Positions 1-7,010 of a stretch of 10,118 bases of DNA are shown one piece after another. The DNA is taken from the NCBI GenBank assembly GCA_964463155.1, contig CAYXAY010000027.1, positions 1 to 10,118 on the forward strand, given 5' to 3'. The stretch comes from an uncultured archaeon. GTDB lineage: Archaea > Iainarchaeota > Iainarchaeia > Iainarchaeales > CSSED10-239. The position numbers and the translations under genes were made by a program. The notes under the pieces are model-generated. The model ran no database searches. It saw only the letters and a program-made list of their open reading frames with translations, and was not told where the DNA came from. Position 1 is the first letter of the stretch. Each line of letters opens with the position of its first letter.

Positions 1-1
1 T

Positions 2-625
2 GTGGTTCTTACAATTGTTTTTATTGGATTAATCATAAACATAATAATAAATTTAAATACAAAAGAAATTAATGTGGGAAAAGATATAAACGAAACAAAG
101 GACGGAAATGAGGAAAAAAATATGAACAAAACAACAAATCCAATAGTTGTGCTTGAAACAACAAAAGGCAATATTGAAATTGAATTATATCCAGAAAATG
201 CACCAATAACTGTTGCAAACTTTTTAAGTTATGTTAATTTAGGGTTTTATGATGGTTTGGTTTTCCACAGAGTAATAAAAGATTTTATGATTCAAGGCGG
301 GGGTTTTGATGTTAATGGCACTCAAAAGAAAACAAATGCGCCAATAACTCTAGAATCAGATAATGATTTATTTAACGAAGTTGGAACAATAGCGATGGCA
401 AGAACAAATGTTCCAAATTCAGCAACTTCTCAGTTCTTCATAAATACAGTAGACAACCATTCTTTAAATTATGCACCCGGCAATCCAGGCTATGCTGTGT
501 TTGGTAAGGTAATAGTGGGGATGGAAGTTGTTAAAGCAATCGAAGCAGTAAAAACAACAAGCAAAGGCGGTCACGGAGACTGGCCTATTGAAAACATAGT
601 TATTACAAAGGCACGCGTTAAGTGA
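2..625 (+). CDS. Cyclophilin-type peptidyl-prolyl cis-trans isomerase with an N-terminal hydrophobic anchor; the 5' end is probably cut by the window edge
   Basis: The translation carries cyclophilin hallmarks: VVLETTKGNIEIELYPENAPITVANF, FHRVIKDFMIQGGGF, MARTNVPNSATSQFFIN, GYAVFGKVIVGMEVV. The first ~17 aa (VLTIVFIGLIINIIINL) are hydrophobic and are followed by a polar linker. The ORF is open to position 2, where the track M is a GTG, so the true start may lie upstream. Stop is TGA at 623-625. Confidence 0.9.
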   Translation: MVLTIVFIGLIINIIINLNTKEINVGKDINETKDGNEEKNMNKTTNPIVVLETTKGNIEIELYPENAPITVANFLSYVNLGFYDGLVFHRVIKDFMIQGGGFDVNGTQKKTNAPITLESDNDLFNEVGTIAMARTNVPNSATSQFFINTVDNHSLNYAPGNPGYAVFGKVIVGMEVVKAIEAVKTTSKGGHGDWPIENIVITKARVK

Positions 626-634
626 GGTAAATAA

Positions 635-1606
635 ATGCTTGGATATTTTTTTGGATTTTTTTATTTTTAATATGCTTTTTTGCATTAATTAAATCCTAAG
701 ATAAACTAGTAGATTCTGTAAAGGATTTGGGTTTGTTATTATCTATTCCAACAATCATTGTTGGAATATTATTTATTTGTTTTGGAACAACTATTCCAGA
801 GATAATAACCTGAATTATTTCAACAGCAAGCGGTTATTCGGAAATTGGTATTTCTAATGTTATTGGACAATGACAGTAAATATCTTAGCGATCAGAATCT
901 TAATTGGTTTTATAAAAAAAGAATACGAGTTAAAAACAAGTTTAAGGAAAGACATTATTTCTCTTATTTTTTTTTAACATTATTATTTGTTTTTTTTTAT
1001 TATTGATTATAAATATACAATTATCGAAGGACTAATTTCTTTATTTCTGTTATTTACTTATGTGATTCATCTTTATGTTTCTAGAGAAAAGATAATTAAT
1101 TCTCAAAATAATTTAGATTTAACAAAACAGCAAATAAACAAAAAGATAATTGATAAATCAATGATAATGATTGTTTGTTTTGTTCTTCTTTATTTTTGTT
1201 CAAAATATCTGATTTTATCAATTGTTAATATTTCTGACACAATTGGAATTAGTAAAAGCCTAATTGCGATAGTTGTTGTTGCTATTGGTACATCTCTGCC
1301 AGAGATTTTTGTTGCAATTTCTGCAATTAAAAAACAAGAAGTAGAATTAACTCTTGGTAACATTATTGGTGCGAACATTATCAATGCCTTTGGTGTTGCT
1401 GGTCTTTCTGTTTTGTTTGGTAACATTGTAATTTCAAATATTGCTTTTTTTTTGCAATACCTATACTTGTAATAACAACAATCTTTTTGGTAATGATAAT
1501 TAATAGACAAAAAGTAAATTGGTTGCATTCAAGTTTTTCTGCAATAATTTATCTTGCATTTATAGTTGGTTTAATATATTATATAGATGAAAAATATGGA
1601 ATGTAA
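635..1606 (+). pseudogene. Decayed Na+/Ca2+ (CaCA family, YrbG-like) antiporter gene with multiple frameshifts and in-frame stops
   Basis: Joining three frames restores a CaCA-like protein. It reads MLGYFFGFF.. (frame 2 from ATG 635, with GAGGT at 624-628 upstream), then ..ALIKS*DKLVDSVKDLGLLLSIPTIIVGILFICFGTTIPEIIT*IISTASGYSEIGISNVIGQ* (frame 1). Frame 3 continues with TVNILAIRILIGF..LIFF*HYYLFFFII...AIGTSLPEIFVAISAIKKQEVELTLGNIIGANIINAFGVAGLSVLF. Frame 2 finishes with PILVITTIFLVMIINRQKVNWLHSSFSAIIYLAFIVGLIYYI, ending at TAA 1604-1606. Both alpha-repeat signatures are present (GTTIPE...NVIG and GTSLPE...GNIIGAN). The lesions are: frameshift ~645-668, TAA 697-699, TGA 811-813, frameshift ~865-873, TAA 975-977, and a frameshift in the T-run ~1445-1455. 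Confidence 0.8.
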
Positions 1607-1793
1607 AAAAGAAAAGAACAAGCTTTCGTGCAACTGTACATATCCTTGTCAAAGAAAAGGCATTTGTTGTGAATGCATAGTACATCACAGAGAAAAGAGA
1701 TATCTGCCCGCCGGTTATCTTGATTCAAAGATTGAGAAAGTCTATGCCCGGCCAATAGACGCTTATCAAAAATCTAAGGAAATAAAGAAATAA
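1587..1793 (+). CDS. Small cysteine-rich protein, DUF6485-like (CxC-TYP-C-x4-G-x-CC-x-C-x3-H pattern)
   Basis: 68 aa. The stretch LSCNCTYPCQRKGICCECIVHHREKRYLPAGY matches my recollection of the small Cys-rich family consensus CNCTY..C.RKG.CC.C..YH....LPAC. The start overlaps the tail of the CaCA pseudogene by 20 nt. Stop is TAA at 1791-1793. Confidence 0.6.
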   Translation: MKNMECKKEKNKLSCNCTYPCQRKGICCECIVHHREKRYLPAGYLDSKIEKVYARPIDAYQKSKEIKK

Positions 1794-1794
1794 T

Positions 1795-2799
1795 TTATTT
1801 GAGTTTTTGCCTTTTTAAAGATTCATTTACGATCTTTAAAATTAGTTGTTCATAGTTTAATCCCGCGGCTGCTCCGGATTTTACAAAACTAGAATTGTAT
1901 TTTTCTCTAGGGTTAAGACTTGGGAGAGTATTTATTTCTATAACCTGTGGCCGATTCTTTTGATCTAATCTAATATCTACTCTGGCAAAGTCCTTACAAT
2001 TCAATATTTTATAGGTATTTATTGCTACTTTTTTTATTTTCTCTTCAAGTTTTTTATTTATTTTTGCAGGACAAACAGAGAGATTAAACCCCTTCGAGTC
2101 ATCACTTTTATGTTTGTTTTTATAACTGTTTATTTTTGGATAGTTCTTTGGAAGTTTATCCAAGATAATTTCAACAATAGGCAAAACCAATAATTTTTTA
2201 TTGCCAATAATAGAAACAGTAAACTCCCGCCCACTTAGAAATTCTTCTACAAGAGCCGATTGTTTATATCTTTTGATAGTATAATTAATCATTTTATACA
2301 ATTCTTTTTTATTTCTTACAAATGATTTATTAGTTATTCCTATAGAAGATCCCTCATAGTTGGGTTTGACAATTAAAGGGAATCTCAATTCTTTTTTTAA
2401 TTGTTCTTTTCCAGTATGAAATAGTTGATGTCTTGCAGTAGGTATTTTGTTCAGTAATAAAAAGTCTTTTGTCTTACATTTATCAAGTCCAATAGCAAGA
2501 GTTATAACTCCAGAACCAGTGTATTTTATATTTAATAAATCTAATATCGCGGGCACCTGCGCTTCTCTTGCATGACTGTTTAATCCCTCAGTAATATTAA
2601 ATACAAAATCCGGACTATTATTTTTAAGGTTTTCAACAAAATTATAATCTTCTTCAATTAAACAAACAGAATGACCTGCCGATTCTAAGGCTCTAGCAAT
2701 AGTTTGAGGAACAATAATTTCATCAAATTCTGCATACAAGTCGTATGGTTCCCCTGGTTTTGGTTTTTTTTCAAGATTATAAGAAATTGCAATTTTCAT
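1795..2799 (-). CDS. ATP-grasp ligase of the D-alanine--D-alanine ligase (Ddl) family; substrate uncertain
   Basis: 334 aa with Ddl-family ATP-grasp blocks: KIAISYN...DLYAEFD, PDFVFNITEGLNSHAREAQVPAILDLLNIKYTGSG, LDKCKTKDFL, FPLIVKPNYEGSSIGI, ALVEEFLSGREFTVSIIG, ARVDIRLD...PQVIEINTLPSL. It starts 13 nt downstream of the fibrillarin stop on the same strand. Confidence 0.85.
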   Translation of the reverse strand: MKIAISYNLEKKPKPGEPYDLYAEFDEIIVPQTIARALESAGHSVCLIEEDYNFVENLKNNSPDFVFNITEGLNSHAREAQVPAILDLLNIKYTGSGVITLAIGLDKCKTKDFLLLNKIPTARHQLFHTGKEQLKKELRFPLIVKPNYEGSSIGITNKSFVRNKKELYKMINYTIKRYKQSALVEEFLSGREFTVSIIGNKKLLVLPIVEIILDKLPKNYPKINSYKNKHKSDDSKGFNLSVCPAKINKKLEEKIKKVAINTYKILNCKDFARVDIRLDQKNRPQVIEINTLPSLNPREKYNSSFVKSGAAAGLNYEQLILKIVNESLKRQKLK

Positions 2800-2812
2800 A
2801 GTTTATCAAAAA

Positions 2813-3418
2813 TTATTTCTTTTTTCCAACTATAATCATATGTTTTTTTTCAAAAGGATCTAATCTTCTTTTGTCAATAATTGTAAATTCTTTTTCAAAT
2901 TTTCTTATTTCTTCATCTATGATTGCTCTAGTGTCTTTTTGAGAAATAGCAGTTGTCTTAAGGCTTAAGATAATATCTCCTTTAGGTCTTAGAAATTCTT
3001 TTGCATTTTTGCTTAAGATTTCAACTTGGTTTTTCTGAGCAATGTCTTGGATGATTAAGTCAACCTTACAATCAATCATTTTTTTGTAATCCTCCGGCTT
3101 GTTAGCATCCCCAAGTATTGGATACAAATTTTTTCTTTCTTTACAAAGTAAAACAAACTTTTGCATGCTGTGTGCAGAGAAATCCACACCAAAGATGGTT
3201 CCGTTGTCTACCAAGTCTGAAATATAAGAGCAAGTGTAACCTTCTGCGGCCCCCAGGTAAAGCACGACGGAGTCTTCTTTTAATGGAAGAACACTTAAGC
3301 CCTTCTTTAAAGTAGCACAAACTTTTGAATGTGTTGGGTCCCAGAATCTCTTTTCTTTGCTATTAAGATCAATAGTAAAGAAGTCTCCATTTTCTTTTAT
3401 TAGATTTTTTATGGTCAT
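2813..3418 (-). CDS. flpA: Fibrillarin-like rRNA/tRNA 2'-O-methyltransferase (box C/D RNP catalytic subunit), short form
   Basis: The 201-aa product aligns by eye with archaeal fibrillarin: FWDPTHSKVCATLKKG, VLYLGAAEGYTCSYISDLV, IFGVDFS, NLYPILGDANKPEDY, VDLIIQDIAQ, LDPFEKKH. It sits 1 nt downstream of nop5, which is the classic archaeal nop5-flpA arrangement. Confidence 0.9.
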   Translation of the reverse strand: MTIKNLIKENGDFFTIDLNSKEKRFWDPTHSKVCATLKKGLSVLPLKEDSVVLYLGAAEGYTCSYISDLVDNGTIFGVDFSAHSMQKFVLLCKERKNLYPILGDANKPEDYKKMIDCKVDLIIQDIAQKNQVEILSKNAKEFLRPKGDIILSLKTTAISQKDTRAIIDEEIRKFEKEFTIIDKRRLDPFEKKHMIIVGKKK

Positions 3419-3419
3419 A

Positions 3420-4184
3420 TTATTTCTTTAGTTTTAATTTTATTTTTTCGTTTAGTTCTTTTATAATGTTTTTTCCGCCAAGGTCTGCTTTGATTGCGAT
3501 TGCTATTTTTGCAGCAAGAAATCTTGCAAATCTTCCCTTGTCTTTCTTGTTTAAGTTGATTAAAAGCGGATGGTTATAGATAAAACCATATTTTGGAGTT
3601 TTCTTATTATGAGTTTTAAGAGCCCTAAAGAAAGAGTTTTCTGCTCCAAGTAGTTGTATAGTGGATGCAGGAAGCCTTGTTAACCTTTCAAAAGAACCAG
3701 CAACTTCAATCATCTTGCAAGCAATATTAGGGGTTGCTATTTCTGAGAAGTTTGGATAGTTTCTAGTTACAAGCCTTTCTTCAAGCGCTTCAAGATTTTT
3801 TTTTGTGTCAAGCAGCCCTTGTAAGTTCTGAGCTAAATTAATAAATATTATTTTTTCTTCTGCTTCAAGTTCTACAGAAAGGCCCATCTCTTTAATGTCT
3901 AATATTTTTTTTGCTTTTGATTTGTCTATAGAAATTTTCTTTAAATTTTCTTCAGAGATTTTTTCAAGAGCACAAAGTCTAACATATTCTTCAATAGTTA
4001 ATTCTTTTTCCATATTTGGATAAAGGACATCTCCAATGATTCTAAGTTCTTCAAAAAGTTCGTTAATGTTTTTAGGGAGCTTAGAAAGTATTTGAGAAAT
4101 AGCAATTATTCTTTGGTCTGGGCCTTGCAGTTCTTTTTTAAGTTTAAAAATAGTGTCTTTAAAAAAAACTTCTTTTGCTAACAT
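3420..4184 (-). CDS. nop5: Nop5 (Nop56/58-like) box C/D RNP core protein lacking the N-terminal domain
   Basis: 254 aa. The C-terminal Nop domain is clear: AGSFERLTRLPASTIQLLGAENSFFRALKTHNKKTPKYGFIYNHPLLIN....KGRFARFLAAKIAIAIKADL. The coiled-coil entry segment (DQRIIAISQILSKLPKNINELFEELR...YPNMEKEL) begins at about residue 22. ATG is at 4184-4182. Confidence 0.85.
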   Translation of the reverse strand: MLAKEVFFKDTIFKLKKELQGPDQRIIAISQILSKLPKNINELFEELRIIGDVLYPNMEKELTIEEYVRLCALEKISEENLKKISIDKSKAKKILDIKEMGLSVELEAEEKIIFINLAQNLQGLLDTKKNLEALEERLVTRNYPNFSEIATPNIACKMIEVAGSFERLTRLPASTIQLLGAENSFFRALKTHNKKTPKYGFIYNHPLLINLNKKDKGRFARFLAAKIAIAIKADLGGKNIIKELNEKIKLKLKK

Positions 4185-4218
4185 GTTTTTTGTTTTTAAA
4201 GTTTTAAAAAAGAGAGAT

Positions 4219-4482
4219 TTATTTTATCTCTACTTTCTGACCAATGGCGTTTCCGGGAAGTCCTTTCTCAAAGATAATCCTAATGATTCCTTTGTTACCA
4301 TGTGCAGAAGCAACTTTACCACTGATTACTTTCTTTCCAATTGTAGTAAAAACAACTTTGTGTCCAAATAGTGGAGCGACAGATTCTTTTGTTCTATATT
4401 TCTCATCATCTATTTGTATAAGTAAATGATTGTTTTTCTGTGTGTTTACACCCATCCTGTAGTTCATTATTGTTCCTTTCAT
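4219..4482 (-). CDS. rpl35ae: Ribosomal protein L35Ae (eL33)
   Basis: 87 aa. The C-terminal block GKVASAHGNKGIIRIIFEKGLPGNAIGQKVEI fits the L35Ae pattern (HG..G.VRA.F...LP..A.G..V). A strong Shine-Dalgarno AAGGAG (complement of 4490-4495) lies 7 nt upstream of the ATG. Confidence 0.8.
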   Translation of the reverse strand: MKGTIMNYRMGVNTQKNNHLLIQIDDEKYRTKESVAPLFGHKVVFTTIGKKVISGKVASAHGNKGIIRIIFEKGLPGNAIGQKVEIK

Positions 4483-4489
4483 ATTTTTT

Positions 4490-4495
4490 CTCCTT
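4490..4495 (-). promoter_or_regulatory. Shine-Dalgarno (AAGGAG) for rpl35ae
   Basis: Plus-strand CTCCTT at 4490-4495 is AAGGAG on the minus strand. A 7-nt spacer separates it from ATG 4482-4480. Confidence 0.6.
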
Positions 4496-4559
4496 AAATA
4501 AGCTTTAAAATAAGTACTATATTAGATTTAATAAACAAAGTATTTAAAAAGCTTGATTA

Positions 4560-5228
4560 ATGATGGTTAGACAATTAGTTGCAGGAGTAGATGAAGCAGG
4601 TCGTGGTTGTGTGCTAGGTCCTTTAGTTCTAGCCGTTTGTGTGATTGACAAATCCAAAGAAAAGAGGTTTAAAGATGTGGGGGTAAAAGAATCTAAGTTG
4701 TTGTCTTCAAAGCAACGCGAGGAACTTTTTTCTCTGATTAAAAAAGAAGCAGAGGACTATAAGGTTGTTGCTATTCCTGCTGAAGAGCTTAATGTCTTGA
4801 TGGATAGGTTCTCTCTTAATGAGATAGAAGCACAAAAAGCTGCTTTTGCTCTTTCTAAATTAAAATCAAAACCTTCTCAAGTGATCTTTGATTCTCCAGA
4901 CACCACAACAGCAAAGTTTACAAAAAGAATTAAGGATAATCTAAAAGCAATTTCTCACGATTACGATTATAAGATAATTTCAGAACACAAAGCAGACCTT
5001 AATCATGTTTCTGTTGCCTGTGCATCAATTCTTGCAAAAGTCACAAGAGATGATCTTTTAGAAAAGCTAGTGGGTTCAGACATCTCTGGTTATTCCTCTG
5101 ATCCAAGAACAATTGATTTTCTAAAAGACCACTTCAAGAAACACAAAAGCTTTCCAGAATATACAAGAATGAAATGGAAAACTGTTGATAACATAGTCAA
5201 GGAAGCTTTTCAAAAACGGCTTTTCTAG
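4560..5228 (+). CDS. rnhB: Ribonuclease HII
   Basis: The N-terminal VAGVDEAGRGCVLGPLVLAV is the RNase HII catalytic motif (DEAGRG). Other family blocks are present: FDSPD, EHKADLNHVSVACASILAKVTRD, GSGYSSDPRT. The 222-aa length is typical for archaeal RNase HII. Confidence 0.9.
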   Translation: MMVRQLVAGVDEAGRGCVLGPLVLAVCVIDKSKEKRFKDVGVKESKLLSSKQREELFSLIKKEAEDYKVVAIPAEELNVLMDRFSLNEIEAQKAAFALSKLKSKPSQVIFDSPDTTTAKFTKRIKDNLKAISHDYDYKIISEHKADLNHVSVACASILAKVTRDDLLEKLVGSDISGYSSDPRTIDFLKDHFKKHKSFPEYTRMKWKTVDNIVKEAFQKRLF

Positions 5229-5270
5229 TTTATATTAAATGAAATCGCGTAAATATTTTCCTAAGAACAA

Positions 5271-5978
5271 TCAGTTTTTCTTCCATTTGGTAGAATATTT
5301 ATGAATTTTAGTCTCTATCTTGTCCTTATTAAAGAAAATAATAACAGAGCCAATAACAATAACAGTAATAAGTATTAATGACCACAAAAGATTAAGCCTT
5401 GTCAACTGATACCCGACAAGTGTGAAAAACACAATTTCTGGAAGCCTACCAATAGCAACAATCAATGAATATTTTTTGATGTTAATGTTAGTAATTCCCG
5501 CAACATACGAAAAAACATCATGTGGCAGGGGGGGTATTAAATACAAGACAAGTAATGTCCTTTCAATATTACTTGACTGATCATCAATTTTAGCAATAAT
5601 CTTTTTATCAACAACGCTTTCCAAAAAAGGTCTACCAAATATTCTTCCAATATAAAAGACAATGATTGAACCTAGAAGAATCCCAATAACAGAATAAGCA
5701 AGTCCCCAAAGTCCAAACATATACCCTCCAGCAACAACTATTGGCGAAGCCGGTATTAATAAAAAAATCATCTGAAGAATTTGTAAACCAATAAAAGCAA
5801 GTGGAGCCCAAACCCCAAATCCATCAACAATTGTTTTAATCTGCGAAGGTTTGCTAAACAACTCAATAAATGGCACTAAAAACACAAAACTTACCACAAG
5901 AATAAATGTGATTATTATGATTCCAAGTATTGCTTTTTTCTTTGCGTCCGTTGAAGAAAAGAAATGTGTTTTATTCAT
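5271..5978 (-). CDS. TVP38/TMEM64 (DedA-superfamily, SNARE-associated-like) integral membrane protein
   Basis: 235 aa and polytopic. The block WAPLAFIGLQILQMIFLLIPASPIVVAGGYMFGLWGLAYSVIGILLGSIIVFYIGRIFGRPFLE matches the TVP38/YdjX-type core as I recall it. Stop is TGA (complement of 5271-5273). Confidence 0.75.
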   Translation of the reverse strand: MNKTHFFSSTDAKKKAILGIIIITFILVVSFVFLVPFIELFSKPSQIKTIVDGFGVWAPLAFIGLQILQMIFLLIPASPIVVAGGYMFGLWGLAYSVIGILLGSIIVFYIGRIFGRPFLESVVDKKIIAKIDDQSSNIERTLLVLYLIPPLPHDVFSYVAGITNINIKKYSLIVAIGRLPEIVFFTLVGYQLTRLNLLWSLILITVIVIGSVIIFFNKDKIETKIHKYSTKWKKN

Positions 5979-6108
5979 TATTTCTCGTATTTTAAAAAAT
6001 AAGCACGGTTTTAGCTTATTTTAACAACCCATATTTAAACATTTTGTTTTATAAATTATTATATAGCTTATAGGTAATAATACTAATACAAGCAAAAAAT
6101 TAAAAAAT

Positions 6109-6112
6109 GGAG
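6109..6112 (+). promoter_or_regulatory. Shine-Dalgarno-like GGAG for rpl15e
   Basis: TGGAGT lies with a 5-nt spacer before ATG 6118. Confidence 0.45.
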
Positions 6113-6117
6113 TAAAT

Positions 6118-6726
6118 ATGGCAACAGTAGCAAAATACATAAAAGAAACAATACAAAAGGAGTTTAAAAAAGAAAAAGACCACGATTATAATTATAAAAA
6201 ATTATACACAGACCGGTTAATCAAATACAGACATACAAAGGACGCAATAATAAAGCTTGAAAACCCAACAAATCTTCCAAGAGCAAGAGAGCTTGGATAT
6301 AAGGCTAAGCAAGGCTTTATTGTGGTTCTTGCTAAAGTTAGAAAGGGGTCTGGTTTAATCAGAAGACCAAACAGAGGAAGAAAGCCTAAAAGAATGGGTG
6401 TCAATAAGATAACAAGAAGAATATCAATCCAAAGAATAGCAGAACTTAGATCTGCATCAAAGTATCCAGGTCTTGAAGTATTAAACTCATATTTGATAGG
6501 CGAAGATGGTCAACAGAAATACTATGAAGTAATCTTAGTAGATCCAAACCATCCAAGAATAATACAAGACAAAGACATCAGCTGGATATGTTGGCCACAA
6601 AACAAGGGGAGAGCATACAAAGGAATAACAAGTGCAGGAAAGAAAAACAGAGGTCTTGACAAAAAAGGAAAAGGCACAGAAAAGAACAGACCATCAATAA
6701 GAGCAAAAGGCAGAAAAGCAAAATAA
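6118..6726 (+). CDS. rpl15e: Ribosomal protein L15e (eL15)
   Basis: 202 aa with the L15e core: RLIKYRHTKDAIIKLENPTNLPRARELGYKAKQGFIVVLAKVRKGSG..RRPNRGRKPKRMGVNKIT, LEVLNSYLIGEDGQQKYYEVILVDPNHP. The C-terminal tail is basic. Confidence 0.92.
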   Translation: MATVAKYIKETIQKEFKKEKDHDYNYKKLYTDRLIKYRHTKDAIIKLENPTNLPRARELGYKAKQGFIVVLAKVRKGSGLIRRPNRGRKPKRMGVNKITRRISIQRIAELRSASKYPGLEVLNSYLIGEDGQQKYYEVILVDPNHPRIIQDKDISWICWPQNKGRAYKGITSAGKKNRGLDKKGKGTEKNRPSIRAKGRKAK

Positions 6727-6742
6727 AGAGAGGATAACATAA

Positions 6743-7009
6743 ATGAATCCAATTATTTTAGCAACATCATTGCAAGATTCAATTTGGATAATGCTTTTTT
6801 TAGTATTTACAATTTCAATCTATGTTTGGACAAAAAAACAAATAGGTAATGAACTGGTTGCAATTCTAATAACTGGTTTTTTAGTTTTCCTTCTATTCTA
6901 CAGATTTCCTAGTCTTATTTGGATTGTCGCAATAGGTGTTGCAATCTATTGGATATTTGGTAGTGATTTGAAAAATTCAGTAAAAAGTTGGTTTGAGGTA
7001 AAAAAATAA
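6743..7009 (+). CDS. Small hypothetical membrane protein (about 3 predicted TM segments)
   Basis: 88 aa and strongly hydrophobic (IWIMLFLVFTISIYVW, LVAILITGFLVFLLFY, LIWIVAIGVAIYWIF). GAGAGG at 6728-6733 precedes ATG 6743. The gene starts 16 nt after the rpl15e stop. No family recognised. Confidence 0.55.
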   Translation: MNPIILATSLQDSIWIMLFLVFTISIYVWTKKQIGNELVAILITGFLVFLLFYRFPSLIWIVAIGVAIYWIFGSDLKNSVKSWFEVKK

Positions 7010-7010
7010 C

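Noticed and set aside
811-813. In-frame TGA codons (811-813, 871-873) as evidence for TGA recoding (Trp/Gly or selenocysteine).
   Set aside because: All conserved genes in the window are uninterrupted under the standard code, and Trp is encoded by TGG (for example DWP in cyclophilin and ISWICWP in L15e). The same gene also carries in-frame TAA stops and three frameshifts. Pseudogenisation explains everything.
987-1472. 161-aa ORF as an independent half-size transporter gene.
   Set aside because: It starts only at a TTG in the middle of a transmembrane segment that continues from the upstream frame across a TAA. It has no ribosome-binding site. Its last transmembrane helix is displaced into another frame by the frameshift near 1445-1455. 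It is better read as the least damaged part of the pseudogene.
1190-1528. 112-aa minus-strand ORF opposite the CaCA pseudogene. The other antisense ORFs in the track belong here too: 464-685, 3118-3315, 4153-4371, 4244-4429, 6192-6404, 6522-6752, 7367-7645, 8701-8958, 9020-9220, 9473-9661.
   Set aside because: Each lies wholly or largely antisense to, or out of frame with, a recognisable or much longer gene. Their translations are low-complexity or odd in composition (rich in C, F, S, L), as expected for shadow frames in AT-rich DNA. None has a recognisable motif or a plausible ribosome-binding site.
5998-6020. Inverted repeat AATAAGC-N9-GCTTATT in the divergent TVP38/rpl15e intergenic region, considered as an operator or small RNA.
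   Set aside because: The stem is short (7 bp) and A/T-rich, and it occurs once. It cannot be distinguished from chance in AT-rich promoter DNA without comparative data.
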